DNA of 64,000 bases from Hemiscyllium ocellatum (taxonomy: Eukaryota): positions 33,565,299-33,629,298 of the forward strand of contig NC_083436.1 in the NCBI RefSeq assembly GCF_020745735.1, in the 5' to 3' direction. The number at the start of each line of letters is the position of its first letter. Positions within the stretch are counted from its first letter, which is position 1. The notes beneath the pieces are model-generated. The model had not been told where the DNA came from. It saw only the letters and a program-made list of their open reading frames with translations, and did no database searches. The position numbers and the translations under genes were made by a program. This document shows positions 52,107-64,000 of the stretch, in pieces.

Positions 52107-52142
52107 ATTCCTGATGAAGGGCTTATGCCGGAAACGTCAATT
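52107..52142 (+). ncRNA. Minimal hammerhead ribozyme motif
   Basis: ATTC-CTGATGA-A-GGGC-TTAT-GCCG-GAAA-CGTC-AATT; GUC cleavage triplet. Confidence 0.75.
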
Positions 52143-52639
52143 CTCCTGCTCCTTAGATGCTGCCTGACCTGCTGCGCTTTTCCAGCAACACATTTTCAGC
52201 TCTGATCTCCAGCATCTGCAGACCTCACTTTTTCCACAAATACAATAGTCCCCATGCATGTATCTGAAATGCAAAGATGCCGAAAGGAACACAGCCAACA
52301 CCCTAGAAACTGATGACTGTCCCACCTCTGAACAGTACACCTCCTGGTGAACCTCAGACACCATCAACTACAACCCAGTGAGTGATCCAGGAGGTGAGAT
52401 CTCTGGGTTTCAGCCTACCAGGGAAAATCTGGACAATTCAAAACGGTCTGAGCACGGCCCAGTGAAGATGCGGTCACTTGCTCCACAGGTGGACAGTGGG
52501 AAAGAGCTCAGGTTGTCTCTGCAGCAGTCCAAGTCAGACCATAACCCACACAGCAAGTTCCAGCTGGAAAATCGCAACCATTCACCCTGCGGAGGCCAAT
52601 CAGATTGTTAACCTCAATATCGAACTATAACTTCTTGCT

Positions 52640-53220
52640 CAGCCATACAGATAATAAAAGTAAATTAGGGGATAAAAGAAACTCTGGTTCAGAAACTTCA
52701 TTGGCAGTACGAAATTGTGGCATGCCCGTGCCACACAATCAGCCCACAAGAAAGTTAATGGATGTGTTATTCACTGCCACGAATCAGTGTACATGAGCTA
52801 TTTACTGCTACCAAAACAAGAAATGGACCCAGGACTCAGAGAGCAGAATTCACATTAAATAGAGGGGGATTAACATCTACTCTGTGACTGGATATCACTG
52901 CATGGTGAAACCCCTTCTACCCATTCGGAATGCTGATTTTTACATTTGTCATTCTGCAAGCCTTTGTAGAAAGTCTCTGTTCACTGCTGCTAGAAATATC
53001 TGTCATTGTGAATGGAAACTCTGCCATTTATTTATTGAGCACACGGTTTACATTAACACAGTTACCAGAGAGGCGAAAGGGAAAAGAAACTGAGAGGACT
53101 CCTGTATTCTTCCTCAACAATTTAAAACTCACGAATTACACCGAGGGAATGCACAATGAATGAAAAGTGATGATTTCTGGGTTTACAATGATGTTGTCTG
53201 CTTATTTATTTGATTCATAT
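52640..53220. promoter_or_regulatory. Candidate conserved non-coding element
   Basis: No recognisable repeat and no convincing exon; contains TGTCA sites. Conservation untested. Confidence 0.25.
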
Positions 53221-53499
53221 GAATGTAAACTGGATAGATATCAGTGAAAGGAAACATAGACTCATCAAGGTGAAATTATAAGTGAACTGAGGAAATATTA
53301 AAGAAATGTGTGACATCTGTCTTCGCAGAATACACAAAAATGTTCCATATATAATGGAGAACCAATTATGGGTCTAGCAAGAAATAGTAACTTAAAAATA
53401 ATCAATCTAAGTAAAATATAATACTGTGGAAATTAATGGGATTAAATGATGGCGGATTCTTGGATATGGTGATCTGCATCATAGGGTTTTAGAAAAGTG

Positions 53500-54485
53500 G
53501 AAAATAGGAACAAAGATTAGGCCATTCAGCCCATGAATCCCGCTCTGCCATTCAATATGATCATAGCTAATCATCATACCTAATAGAGTCCACAGTGTGA
53601 TGCTGGAAAAGCACAGCAGATCAGGCAGGAGAGACGACGTTTCGAGCAAAAGCCCATCAGCAGAATGAAGGGCTTTTGCCCGAAATGTCAACTCTCCTGC
53701 TTCTTGGATGCTGCCTGACCTGCTGTTCTTTCCCAGCACCAAACTGTGGACTCTAATCTCGAGCAACTGCAGTACTCACTTTTGCCATTGTACCTAGTAC
53801 CCTGTTCGCACTTTCTCCCCATATCCTTTGATTTCTTTAGCCCTAAGGACTACATCTAACTCCTTCTTGAAAAAAGCATCAATGTTCTGGCTTCAACTGT
53901 TTTCTGTGGTAGAGAATTCCACAGGCTAACCACTCTCTGGGTGAAGACATTTCTCCCAATCTCAGACTTCATTGTCCTTCTTCACAACCTTACACTATGA
54001 TGCCTGGTTTTGGATTCCCCACTCATCAGGAACACCCTTCCTGTGTTTACCCTGCCTATTCTTGTTAGAATTTGATAGATTCACATGAGCTCTGCACACC
54101 TCCACCACCAACCCCCCAGCCCCCACCCCATTCTTCTGAACTCTAGTGAATTAATCCTAACTGATCCAGTCTCTCTTCATACGTCAATGCTGCCATTTCA
54201 GGAATCAATCTGGTAAACCTTCACTGCACTCCCTTCACAGCCAGAATATCCTTCCTCAGATTAAGAGATTATAACTGCATGTGATACTCTAGATGTGGTC
54301 TCACCAAGGCCCTGTACGATTGCAGCAAGGCATCCTTGCACCTGTACTCAAATCCTCTCGTGATGAAGTCCAACATACCACTGTCCTTCTTCACTGACTG
54401 CTGCATGTGGACTCATGCATGAGGACACCCAGCTCTCATTGCACCTCCCCCTTTTCCAATCTATCACCGTTCAGGTAATAATCAT
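53500..54485 (-). mobile_element. CR1 LINE 3' fragment
   Basis: Same family as 3160-4300; tail near 53500. Confidence 0.85.
53586..53785. mobile_element. PLE-derived fold-back insertion, family A, inside the CR1 3' UTR
   Basis: Inverted arms; ATGA-AGGGCTTTTGCCC-GAAA-TGTC; TSD CATCATACCTAATA (53572-53585) / CATTGTACCTAGTA (53786-53799). Confidence 0.8.
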
Positions 54486-55950
54486 CCAGAATTCCTTCGG
54501 TTCTAGAACGGTTCCCGAAGATTGCAAACATCACCCCATTATTTCAGAATGAACAAAGGGAGAAATGCGGGAACTCTAGATGTGAGTTAGCACAACATCA
54601 GCAGCAAGCAAAATGTTGGAATGCATTATTATGCTATAAAAGAGCAAGTAGAAATTCATAATATGATTAAGCAGAGTCAACTTGTTTTATAAAGGGAAAT
54701 TGCATTTGACAAATTTTCAGCATTCTCTGAGCATTGATAGGGGAAAATAAATGGATGTATTGTATTCAGATTTTGAGAAAACATTCAATAAGCTGCCAAC
54801 ACCAGCGTAAAATTCGGACATGGATTTAAGAGCAATATATCGTTATGGAATGAGAACTTATTAATCGACAGAAAACAGAGTGGGAATAAACAGAACACTT
54901 TCAGATTGACAGGCTGTGATTAGCAATGCACCATAAATATCAGTACTTTAGATTACTTACAGTGTGGAAACAGGCCCTTTGGCCCAACAAGTTCACACCG
55001 ACCCACCGAAGCACAACCCACTCAGACCCATTCCCATACATTTACTCCTTCACCTAACACTATGGGCAATTTAGCATGGCCAATTCACCTAACCTGCACA
55101 TTTTTGGATTGTGGGAGGAAACCCACACAGACACGGGGAGAATGTGCAAACTCCACACAGTCAGTCGCCTGAGGTGGGAATTGAACTTGGGTCTCTGATG
55201 CTGTGAGGCAGCAGTGCTAACTACTGTGCCACCCATCAGTACTTGGGCCTCAGCTATTTACAATCTCAATCAATGATTCAGGTGAAGTGACGGAATATAC
55301 TGTATCCAGGTTTACTTATGGCACAATGTCTGGTGGGAAGCTAAAAAGGGGAAGGATTCACAGATGCTTCAGCTGTTTGGATTAATGGGTAAGAACATGG
55401 TGGATAAAAAAAGGCGGTGAAGGTCAAACTTATAGGGAAAACAAAAATAAGCAAAATATCTTTTAATTGTAGGAGACTGGGAAACATTTGCATTTAGAAC
55501 GGCCTGAAGGTCTTGTACATGAATCAGAAGGTTAATATGCAGGTACAGCAAGTGATTTGGAAGACAAAAAGTGTGTTAATGTTTGTTAGAAAGGGATTGG
55601 AGGATATCAATAGAGAAACATTACCACAATTCTGCATAGCACAGGTAAGGCGTATTAAACATAGAAACATAGAAAATAGTATGGATGTACATACTTGTTG
55701 TATGGCGTATTTATGAAACAAGTTCCTGGGATGAGGGGATTGAAGAGGCTATTTCCCATTTCCTAGAGTTTGGAGCATGAGAGATGATCTGATTAAACCA
55801 GAAATTCTTAAATTAGGTGCTGAGCAATGGGGAGGATACATTGCCAACATTCGTTGCGGAGGTCAATAATATTTTTGATATGAAGGGAATAAGAGAATAT
55901 GGGGATGGTGCAGGAATGTGGAATTGAGTTAGAAGGTCAAACATAATGTT
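54486..55950 (+). mobile_element. Degenerate CR1 LINE (RT through 3' end)
   Basis: KIANITPLF, MLECII, IKQSQ, SVLGPQLFTISIND. Confidence 0.8.
54949..55234 (-). mobile_element. HE1/V-SINE-type SINE inserted in CR1 RT
   Basis: TSD ATCAGTACTT at 54939-54948 and 55235-55244; nearly identical to 59415-59700. Confidence 0.9.
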
Positions 55951-56859
55951 TGGGAATGGGTTGGGGTGCTGGTGTTGGCAATAAGCAATCGAAAGTGCTA
56001 AAACGGAAATAGATGGCAGCATTAAAATTTATTAATTGTGCAACTAATTAATTAATCCAGAATTGTTCACTTAGCAGGTAAAAAAAACACAAATACTAAC
56101 TTAGGATGAGATAATAACATCAACGACAAGGCCAGTATTTATTACTAATTACTAGTTATCCCTGTGAGTGGGTTTCTTAAACTGCTACCGTTGGCTTGGT
56201 GCTTTAAGGTACTGAGTTCCAGGATTTTGACACAGCAGTGATGGGCTCCATTGATATTTTTAATCCAGGAAGGTGTGAGATTTGGAAAGGAAATTGGATT
56301 GTTGCATAATGTCAAATAAAGACTTGTGAATGGTTCTCAATACTAGTTTTGTTGATTGCAATAGCAGCAGCACTAAATCAATATTATTGTATTTGTCTCT
56401 GGTGCGATGTCCTTCATAATTCAATTCTATTGAAGACAATAGTACTAAGAAATGGGTAGATATTTAACAGGCAGCTGATGGGATACTATCTGAGATGCAC
56501 TGCCACACAAGAAGGCAGCCTACAGTATTGTCCTCGATCAGAGTACATACTATACTGTGTCATAGAGTCATATAGCAACTTCATAGAGAAACAAACCCTT
56601 CAGTCCAACCACTCCATGCCGAATATAATTCCAAACTAAACTATCCCCACCGGCTCCTAAGAGAAACCATGGAATGTTGCACTTAAAGAATATCTAGGGA
56701 ATTTCAAACAATAACACCTGAAAGGGAGAGATGTTATTGTATAATCTTAACTGTGATCCCCTGTGGCTGCAGAGATAACTCCCTTTCAGATGGTCGGAGT
56801 CATTCATACTGGTCATCATTGGCTAGTCTGGATCAAGACTGGGATACATACAGACTCAT

Positions 56860-57220
56860 ACCTTTAAGGCATTGTCTGAGCCAAGATGTCATTTTTTTTA
56901 ATATAAAACCTTAATTTATCTTTATAATGTGACTTAAAAGAAATTCTGGAATTTACATATTAATGAACCAAAACCTGTAACCCATTCTAAAAGATGAAAG
57001 ACTTAACAACAACTGAGGTTTGTTAAATATATCATTTCGCTTGCATGACACTGTAATCATTTACTATAAAATCTGTGCCTTATGGTCCTACTCCACACAC
57101 CTGAAGAAAGAGCTGCACTTTGAAAGCTAGTGCTTCCAAATAAACCTATTAGACTATAACCTGGTGCTGTGTGATTTTTAACATTGTCCACCCCCGTCCA
57201 AAACCAGCGCCTCCACATCA
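56860..57220 (+). mobile_element. Longer PLE terminal fragment, family C, single arm with hammerhead
   Basis: CAC-CTGAAGA-AAGAGCTGCACTTT-GAAA-GCTA-GTG at 57098-57132, followed by the family C tail. Confidence 0.8.
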
Positions 57221-57539
57221 GAGTCAGTATTAGCAGAAAAATTCACCTTCATGGTTTTAAGGTTTCACAATCTGATCATCACATCAAGCTGAAGACTAAT
57301 ATATAGATTCCCCTTTTTTTGACTGACACTTTTTGAACTCATTGCTCATTTCTGATTTGTGTGGATGTGTGACATTTAATAACATTTTCTTGTGTTTTAG
57401 TAACCAACAAATATACTCCTTCTGGATTAAGCTAGCTACTTTTAAAACACTTGGGCTAGAAAAGTCATCTTTGTGTTAAGTTAGTCTTGTTGCGACTAAC
57501 TGAAGAAGGGATGGATGGGGCGAGGCAAGTGTATCTTCG

Positions 57540-57830
57540 TAGATTCTGGATTAGTGGTGCTGGAAGAGCACAGCAGTTCAAGCAGCATCCAAATGCAGCG
57601 AAATCGACGTTTCGGGCAAAAGCCCTTCAGGAATAAAGGCAGTGAGCCTGAAGCGTGGAGAGATAAGCTAGAGGAGGGTGGGGTGGGGAGAGAGTAGCAT
57701 AGAGTACAATGGGTGAGTGGGGGAGGGGAATAAGGTGATAGGTCAGGGAGGAGAGGGTGGAGTGGATAGGTGGAAAAGGAGATAGGGAGGTAGGACAAGT
57801 CCGGACAAGTCATGGGGATAGTGCTGAGGT
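57540..57830 (-). mobile_element. PLE terminal fragment, family A
   Basis: Minus-strand ATTC-CTGA(3-nt deletion)-AGGGCTTTTGCCC-GAAA-CGTC-GATT, preceded by a pyrimidine-rich tract. Confidence 0.8.
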
Positions 57831-58269
57831 GGATTGTTAATCCAGAGACCCAGAATGTTCTGGGGACCCAGGTTCAAGTCCTGCCATGACAGATGGTGAA
57901 ATTTGAAATCAATAATAATCTGGAATTAAGAATTTAACGATGACCATGAATCTATTGCTGGAAAAAATAGTCCACTAATTCCTTTTAGGGAAGAAAATTG
58001 CTATCCTTCCTTGGTCTGGCTTACATGTGTCTCCTAATTGCCTTCTGGGAAATTAGCGATGATCAATAAATGTCAGCCTAGCCAGCAACACCCTCATCCT
58101 ATGAATGAATCGAAGAAAAAGAAGGGGATACAGTTAATCTCTTCTCACCTGGGAGCGTAACCAGCCTGAGCGTATCCCACCCAGAATCCTAATAAATTGG
58201 GGACCCTTAACTGCAGAGCTGTTATGACAAGTGATGGTGTCTACCCTGTCAAAATTAATTTAATCTTCT

Positions 58270-58800
58270 GCAATGTGTCCCAATCCTCATACAAAAAGAA
58301 AATGGCCGTGGAAAATCATGCCTCACGAACATCAATGGTTTGACGAAGTCAATAATTCTGTCCGCTCTAAGGGTGTGTGCAGTTTTCAAATCTGTGCTTA
58401 TTTCTCACTCTGAAAACTGTCATTTATTTAGAGGGACTAGTTCTCATTTTGACAGGTCATTTTTCAGACAGGCTGAGCTCCTCCAATCCATATTGCATCA
58501 ATACAAATTAGTATACAGGCACGACACTCCAGTCGGGGAAACTCAGAGAGTGTCAGAGCTGGGAAAATGATGCAAACAGAAAGCAGAGTTGGCAGCAACA
58601 CTTTCAGCGAGATGAACTGGGATGTCAGTCTGCTAATTATTCTAATGCTTCCAGGTTTTGGATAATCTTTGGTCTGAAATGATTTACGGGCACAGTGACA
58701 ACTTAAACACTGAAAATTGCTGAAGGAACACAGCATTTGTCTTCACAAATATTGTTCGAAAAGACTGTTGCCAACAAACAAATACAAATACAGGTGAGAG
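58270..58800. promoter_or_regulatory. Candidate Hox/Pbx/Meis-type enhancer (CNE)
   Basis: TGATTTAC(GG) at 58680-58687, TGACAG at 58450-58455 and CTGTCA at 58417-58422, in sequence with no recognisable repeat. Confidence 0.4.
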
Positions 58801-59414
58801 CAACAGAATTATTGTACTTGAGAACTGAAGCCTGATTACTCGATGGACTGGGATTTTATGGATCGTGCTGGCATGTTTGAAAAGAGGACTAACAAAATAG
58901 AGCAGGCAGCTTTCCCACTATCTACCAGTCAAAACCTGGCTGATCTCCCACATGATGGTGGGTGGGAAAATGCCAGGCAGCTTGTTCATCCTTTGGTGCA
59001 CTGAGGCCCTCATGGCCAGTTCATGGTCACTATATAAGGGCCTGACTCCATTTTACGTTGGACAGGGGAGGATGGAGTCAATGTGGATACCCTGGCAGCT
59101 TTTGCAGTGCAGGCTACTGTCAAGGCAAAACAAGGCAATATACCTCCACCTGTGAGTCCCCTGTCTTCATCAAGACCATCTGGCTACTGTCCCTCCTGAC
59201 CCCGCCAGGACCACGCTCCCCTATAGCAATCCCCACACACTGGGACTTCAGAGCTGCTGGCCACTTGTATTGACTTGGTTGGTCACATGACACCAGTTCA
59301 ATTCTGCAACAATCTATATTTATATCAATCAACAATTTATCGAATGGATAATTGGAATTTTTTCCCAGGTTAGGTATGTCAATGACATAATTTGAAGGCA
59401 AAAGTGGGTTAGTT

Positions 59415-59700
59415 TAGATTACTTACAGTGTGGAAACAGGCCCTTTGGCCAAACAAGTCCACACCGACCCACAACCCATCCATACCCCTTATCTAACACT
59501 ACGGGCAATTTAGCATGGCGAATTAACCTGACCTGCACATCTTTGGACTGTAGGAGGAAACCGGAGTACCCGGAGGAAACCCACACAGACACGGGGAGAA
59601 TGTGCAAACTCCACACAGTCAGTCGCCTGAGTCGGGAATTGAACCCAGGTCTCTGGCGCTGTGAGGCAGCAATGCTAACCACTGTGCCACCATGCCACCC
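59415..59700 (-). mobile_element. HE1/V-SINE-type SINE (young)
   Basis: Intact head GGCATGGTGGCACAGTGGTTAGC, B box GGGTTCAATTCCC, retained CpGs. Confidence 0.9.
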
Positions 59701-59949
59701 ACAAAGGAGATGTGAGAGGCACATTTTTACACATAGAGGCTGGTTAAGTGCTAAAATGTACTGCCAGAGGGGTTGGTGGAAGTTGATACAATAGCAATGT
59801 TAAACAGGCATCTTGATGGATAGGCAGGGATTGAGGGATATGGATAGCATTGAGGTAATAGGATTTTATCTTTGAAAGGCATCATGCGTCAGCACAATCT
59901 TGGTAGGCCAAAGGACCTGTTCCTGTGCTGTGTTGTTCTTTGTTTTTTG

Positions 59950-61285
59950 AATGGTGACATACTTTCAAGTCAAGATGGTGTGTGGCTTGGAAGGGAACTG
60001 CAGGCAATGGTGTTCCCGTATATTTACTGGCATTCCAGATGGAAGTGGTCATGGGTTTGGAAGGTGCTGTCTGAGGAGCTTTGGTGAATTTCTTCAGTGA
60101 TTCTTGTAGGTGCTACTATGCATTGCTGGTAGAGGGAATGGATGTTTGAGGATGTGATGTCAATCAAATGCGCTGCCTTATTCAGGATGGTGTGAAGCCT
60201 CTTCAGTGTTGTTGGAGCTGCACTCATCCAGAAAAGTGGAAATATTCCCCCAAACCCCTGATTTGTGCCTTTTAGCTGGTGGACAGGTTAGATGAGTCAC
60301 AAGGTGAGCTACTCACTGCAGGGTTCCTCGCCTCTGACCTGCTATTACAGAGACATGGAGGGATACAGCACGGAAACGGACTCTTCAGTCCATCTCATCT
60401 GGTTAACCAGATGTCCCAATCTGACCTCATCCTGTTTGTCAGCATCAGTCCCAGATACATCTAAATCCTTCTGATTCATGTACCCATCCAGATACATTTT
60501 AAATGTTGCAATTGAACTCACCTCTGCTATTTCCTCTGGCAGCTCATTCCATACAGACCACCCTCTATGTGAAAATGTTAACCCTCAGGTCCTTTTTAAA
60601 TCTTTCCCCTCTCTTCTTACATCTATGCCATCTAGTTCTGGACTCTCCCACCCAAAAGGTCCTTGGCTATTCACCCTATCTATGCCCCTCTTTTTAATTG
60701 TAGCCATTGTATTTCTATGGTAAGTCCAGTTCAATATTTGGTCATTGTTGACAGTAGGGGACTTGGTGATGGTAATGCCCTTGAATATTAAAGGACAATG
60801 ATTGGAGATGGCTATTGCCTGACACTTGTGTGGTGTGAATCTTATGCGCCACTTGTTAGCCCAAATCTGGATATTGTTCAGGTGTTGCTACATTTGTGCA
60901 TGGACTGCCTCAGTCCCTGAGAATTTACAAGTGGTGCTGAACATTGCTATCATCAAACATGGGGAGAAAGTGAGGTCTGCAGATGCTGGAGATCAGAGCT
61001 GAAAATGTGTTGCTGGAAAAGCGCAGCAGGTCAGGCAGCATCCAAGGAACAGGAGATTCAACATTTTGGGCATAAGGAAGAAGGGCTTATGCCCGAAACA
61101 TCGAATCTCCTGTTCCTTGGATGCTGCCTGACCTGCTGCGCTTTTCCAGCAACATATTTTCAGCTATCATCAAACATCCCCATTTCTCACCTAATGATGG
61201 AGGGAAGGTCATTGATGAAGCAGCAGAAGATGATTAGGTCTAGGACACAACCCCGAGGAACTCCTGCAGAGATGTTCTGGAACTG
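59950..61285 (-). mobile_element. L2/CR1-type LINE fragment with nested CR1 tail (~60345-60690) and PLE palindrome
   Basis: MSAAPTTLKRLHTILNKAAHLI..NIHSL (60024-60227); GVPRG motif near 61260. Confidence 0.8.
60961..61162. mobile_element. PLE-derived fold-back insertion, family A
   Basis: Perfect 15-bp TSD GCTATCATCAAACAT at 60946-60960 and 61163-61177; GAAGA-AGGGCTTATGCCC-GAAA-CATC-GAAT; very similar to 52009-52235. Confidence 0.88.
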
Positions 61286-64000
61286 AGACTTATATTGTAT
61301 ATTTAACTGGCCAGCTGACTAACTGCTTAATTGACCGAATGTTAAACTGACTCACTGAACATAAGACTGGTACCTATAATCTGGGAATGTTGCCTGTAGC
61401 TCTGGTACAGTAAGATCTGTGAAACAAAACAACCAGCCCCGTCTCCCTTTGGATAATAAGGAAATGTTAATTTCAATTTTAAAATTAATGGAACGTCAAT
61501 TGCCATTTGCAGAAATGAATTCCAAAATCCACCAAACTGAGTTCCAAAATTTCGTAGCATTTTGAGTTATTTCTGGCAACAAGGATTTGCATTTATATAG
61601 CATCTTTGATGGATAAAGATGTGACAAGACACATTATGATGTGACCTATATAATCGGGCAAAGTTTGACACCAAGTCATGTGTTGATTTAAGTGATGAAA
61701 GGTCTTTAAATGAAGCAGAGGGCTGGGTAAAGTGACAGAGAGGAAATTCCAGAAGTTAGTGCTTAAGCTTCAGATACTGTTTCTCTCATGAACAGATCAG
61801 TGGTATATTTGGATAACATTTCTCAATGCAAATTCTGGAAGATTGCTAAATATCACAATTAGAGAGAATATTTGTGCTAATCCTGTTCCACAGTGATCCC
61901 TCCAAAGAGAATCCTAACCAAAACCTAGCCTCCTACCCTATCCCTATTATCCTTCACGAACCATGGTTAATCCAACCACCCTGCACATCCCTGCCAATGG
62001 GGAATTTGACAAGATCAATCCACCTACCAGCACATCTCTGGACTATGGGAGGAAACCGGAGCACCTGGCAGAAGCCCATGCAGAACATGCAAGCTCCATG
62101 TTATGGAAACATACTGTGTTTTAATTGGAAGCACTAACCTGAACTTGCATAGTAGAGAGAAAGGGAAGATAATTCTGAGCATGAACATGATGTTGTTGTG
62201 TTGGTGATATAAGTGAAAATGAGTCCCATGTCACATTGTGCAATTTCAAGGTTCATATTGACGAAGCCACGAGTTATGTCCAATATCTTCTGACATGGAG
62301 CTTTATGCAGTTTGATTTTCCATTCATAATCTAAAACATTGGAGTCTTCAGTACAAGCAATAAAAAATATTCTCTTCATATACAACCCTGTTCCATGGGG
62401 AGGCAATGGCCTTGTGATATTAACCAGTAGATTATTAGACTTAGTCACCCAAATAACATTCTGGAGACCTGGGTTCAAAGCCCAGCATAACAGATGATGG
62501 AAATCCAATTCAATGAAGAAACAAAAATCTGGAATTAAGAGTCTAATGATGATTGTTAAACCATTGCCCATTTTTGGGGAAAAACTGATCTGTTTCACCA
62601 AAGCCCTTTAAAGATTATGTTTAGCAGGTCAGGCCATTAGTGAAATTCTTAAAATATCTTCTTCCTCTCTGCCCTGTGCAAGCTCTTCTCTTTTCATTAG
62701 CATGAGCAAATTGATGATAATTCAAAGGCTAAGATTTGGTTAAAAGGTAGAGTGTGTGATTAACGTGTAATTATATCTAGGTTTACACATGTAACCAATG
62801 GGATTATTACCTAAATTCTAATATTCAGGAAAGTTTGGTAAGCGATTTTAGTTCTCCATCACTAAAAGCACTTTGCAAATATCTCAAGGGCGCCATCAGT
62901 TATAATCCTTTTTGACACAAAGCCATGTCAGCTTGATGGATGGGCCATTGAGCTAGCCACCTGAAGTTGTTGCTAACTCTTGTAATGAGGCATTTGGCAT
63001 GTTTGTACAAAGATATCAAAAAGCCAACCCAATGAAAATCTTCCTTTCAGCAACTCTGTGGCCCTGCAAGGCTGAGCCAACAGATGGGTGTTTCAAAGAA
63101 GAACACCAACAATTTTGCTTCACCTGCCACCACACTTCAACTTTCCAACACATGTTCAACTCCTTCGTTTATAGGTGGAATTGCTCAGAGTGACAGCTCA
63201 TTAAAATATTACAAATGGCCATTAGCAGTATCTGCAAAGCCTAAGTACCTTGTGGTTGGGGCAGGAAGCCAAAGCAATGTAGCAGCAGTCAACCAATTCT
63301 ACTTGACCAATCTATATAGGACGAAAAATACAAAATGCTGTTGGATTCTCAACTGACCTGGAGCCACCTGTAAAGGGAGAACTCAATGTAGCACTCGAGG
63401 TTGATGACTCTTCACCAGACCAACAACCGGAAATATTCTCTCCGGTACAAATTTTCTAGTCTCTAATGATTGTACAACCACAGCCATTCAGCAGAATTCT
63501 GTGGAAATTCTGATGTGCTAACCTGTGTGGAAATTGACTAGAAGGTTTAAATTTCAAATGAATGCTCCTAGAGATCTTTAATAAAAATTTTCATCTCTGA
63601 GCCACAGAGACTCCGAATCATTCTGCGCCAACTGAATAGTGATCCAGAAAGTGTTAGAAAGAAGACACTTAGTCTAACTCTCAGGTGACTCCAGGACTGA
63701 CACCTCAATCAGCATTGAGTCCCTCACCACTCCCTCCCATCCTTGATTACCCTGCCTCAACTACCTGACTAATCCCTGATCATGGCCAGTCCTGACTAAC
63801 ACTTCATTACCTGCCACCACTCACAGCTGCCAGCTCACCCACCTGACAACTCATCCACTGGACATCCTAACCATTATGTACACTATCAAGCTCCCACCTC
63901 ACTCATCTGCCTGCTCACCCACCTGCAAGGCTGCCCCCACACCCAGCCAATGATTGCTTACTTACCTCACTCATCCATTCACTAAGATTCAAATTGGATC

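Larger units (their letters stand above)
52009..52235. mobile_element. PLE-derived fold-back insertion, family A (best preserved)
   Basis: About 90-bp near-perfect arms; perfect 14-bp TSD ACAAATACAATAGT at 51995-52008 and 52236-52249. Confidence 0.9.

Noticed and set aside
53500-55950. Twin-primed 5' inversion of a single CR1
   Set aside because: Each piece has its own 3' end and they overlap in ORF2 coverage, so they are two independent elements.

Overview
Eukaryotic, repeat-rich, non-coding DNA, most likely from an elasmobranch (shark). The evidence is HE1/V-SINE-type tRNA SINEs, CR1 and L2 LINE 3' fragments, DeuSINE-like remnants and Penelope-like elements (PLEs). I found no convincing host protein-coding exon. 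The ORFs I could assign are transposon remnants: CR1 reverse transcriptase, Gypsy gag/pol, a PLE GIY-YIG endonuclease and possibly a P-element-like transposase. The most striking feature is about 17 short PLE-derived insertions from at least three sequence families (A-C), plus one coding PLE fragment. Most are fold-back palindromes of 140-380 bp, and 14 are flanked by 8-16 bp target-site duplications. They carry minimal hammerhead-ribozyme motifs (CUGANGA-stem II-GAAA-palindromic tetramer), often head-to-head on opposite strands. The stems differ in sequence between families while keeping their base pairing. Hammerheads in PLEs are a known association; whether these particular shark families and their fold-back layout are described cannot be determined without a search. 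Repeat-free stretches with Pbx-Hox, Meis, octamer and CTCF-like motifs are candidate conserved enhancers, so the window may be a large intron or gene desert. All coordinates were read by eye, and repeat boundaries are approximate.
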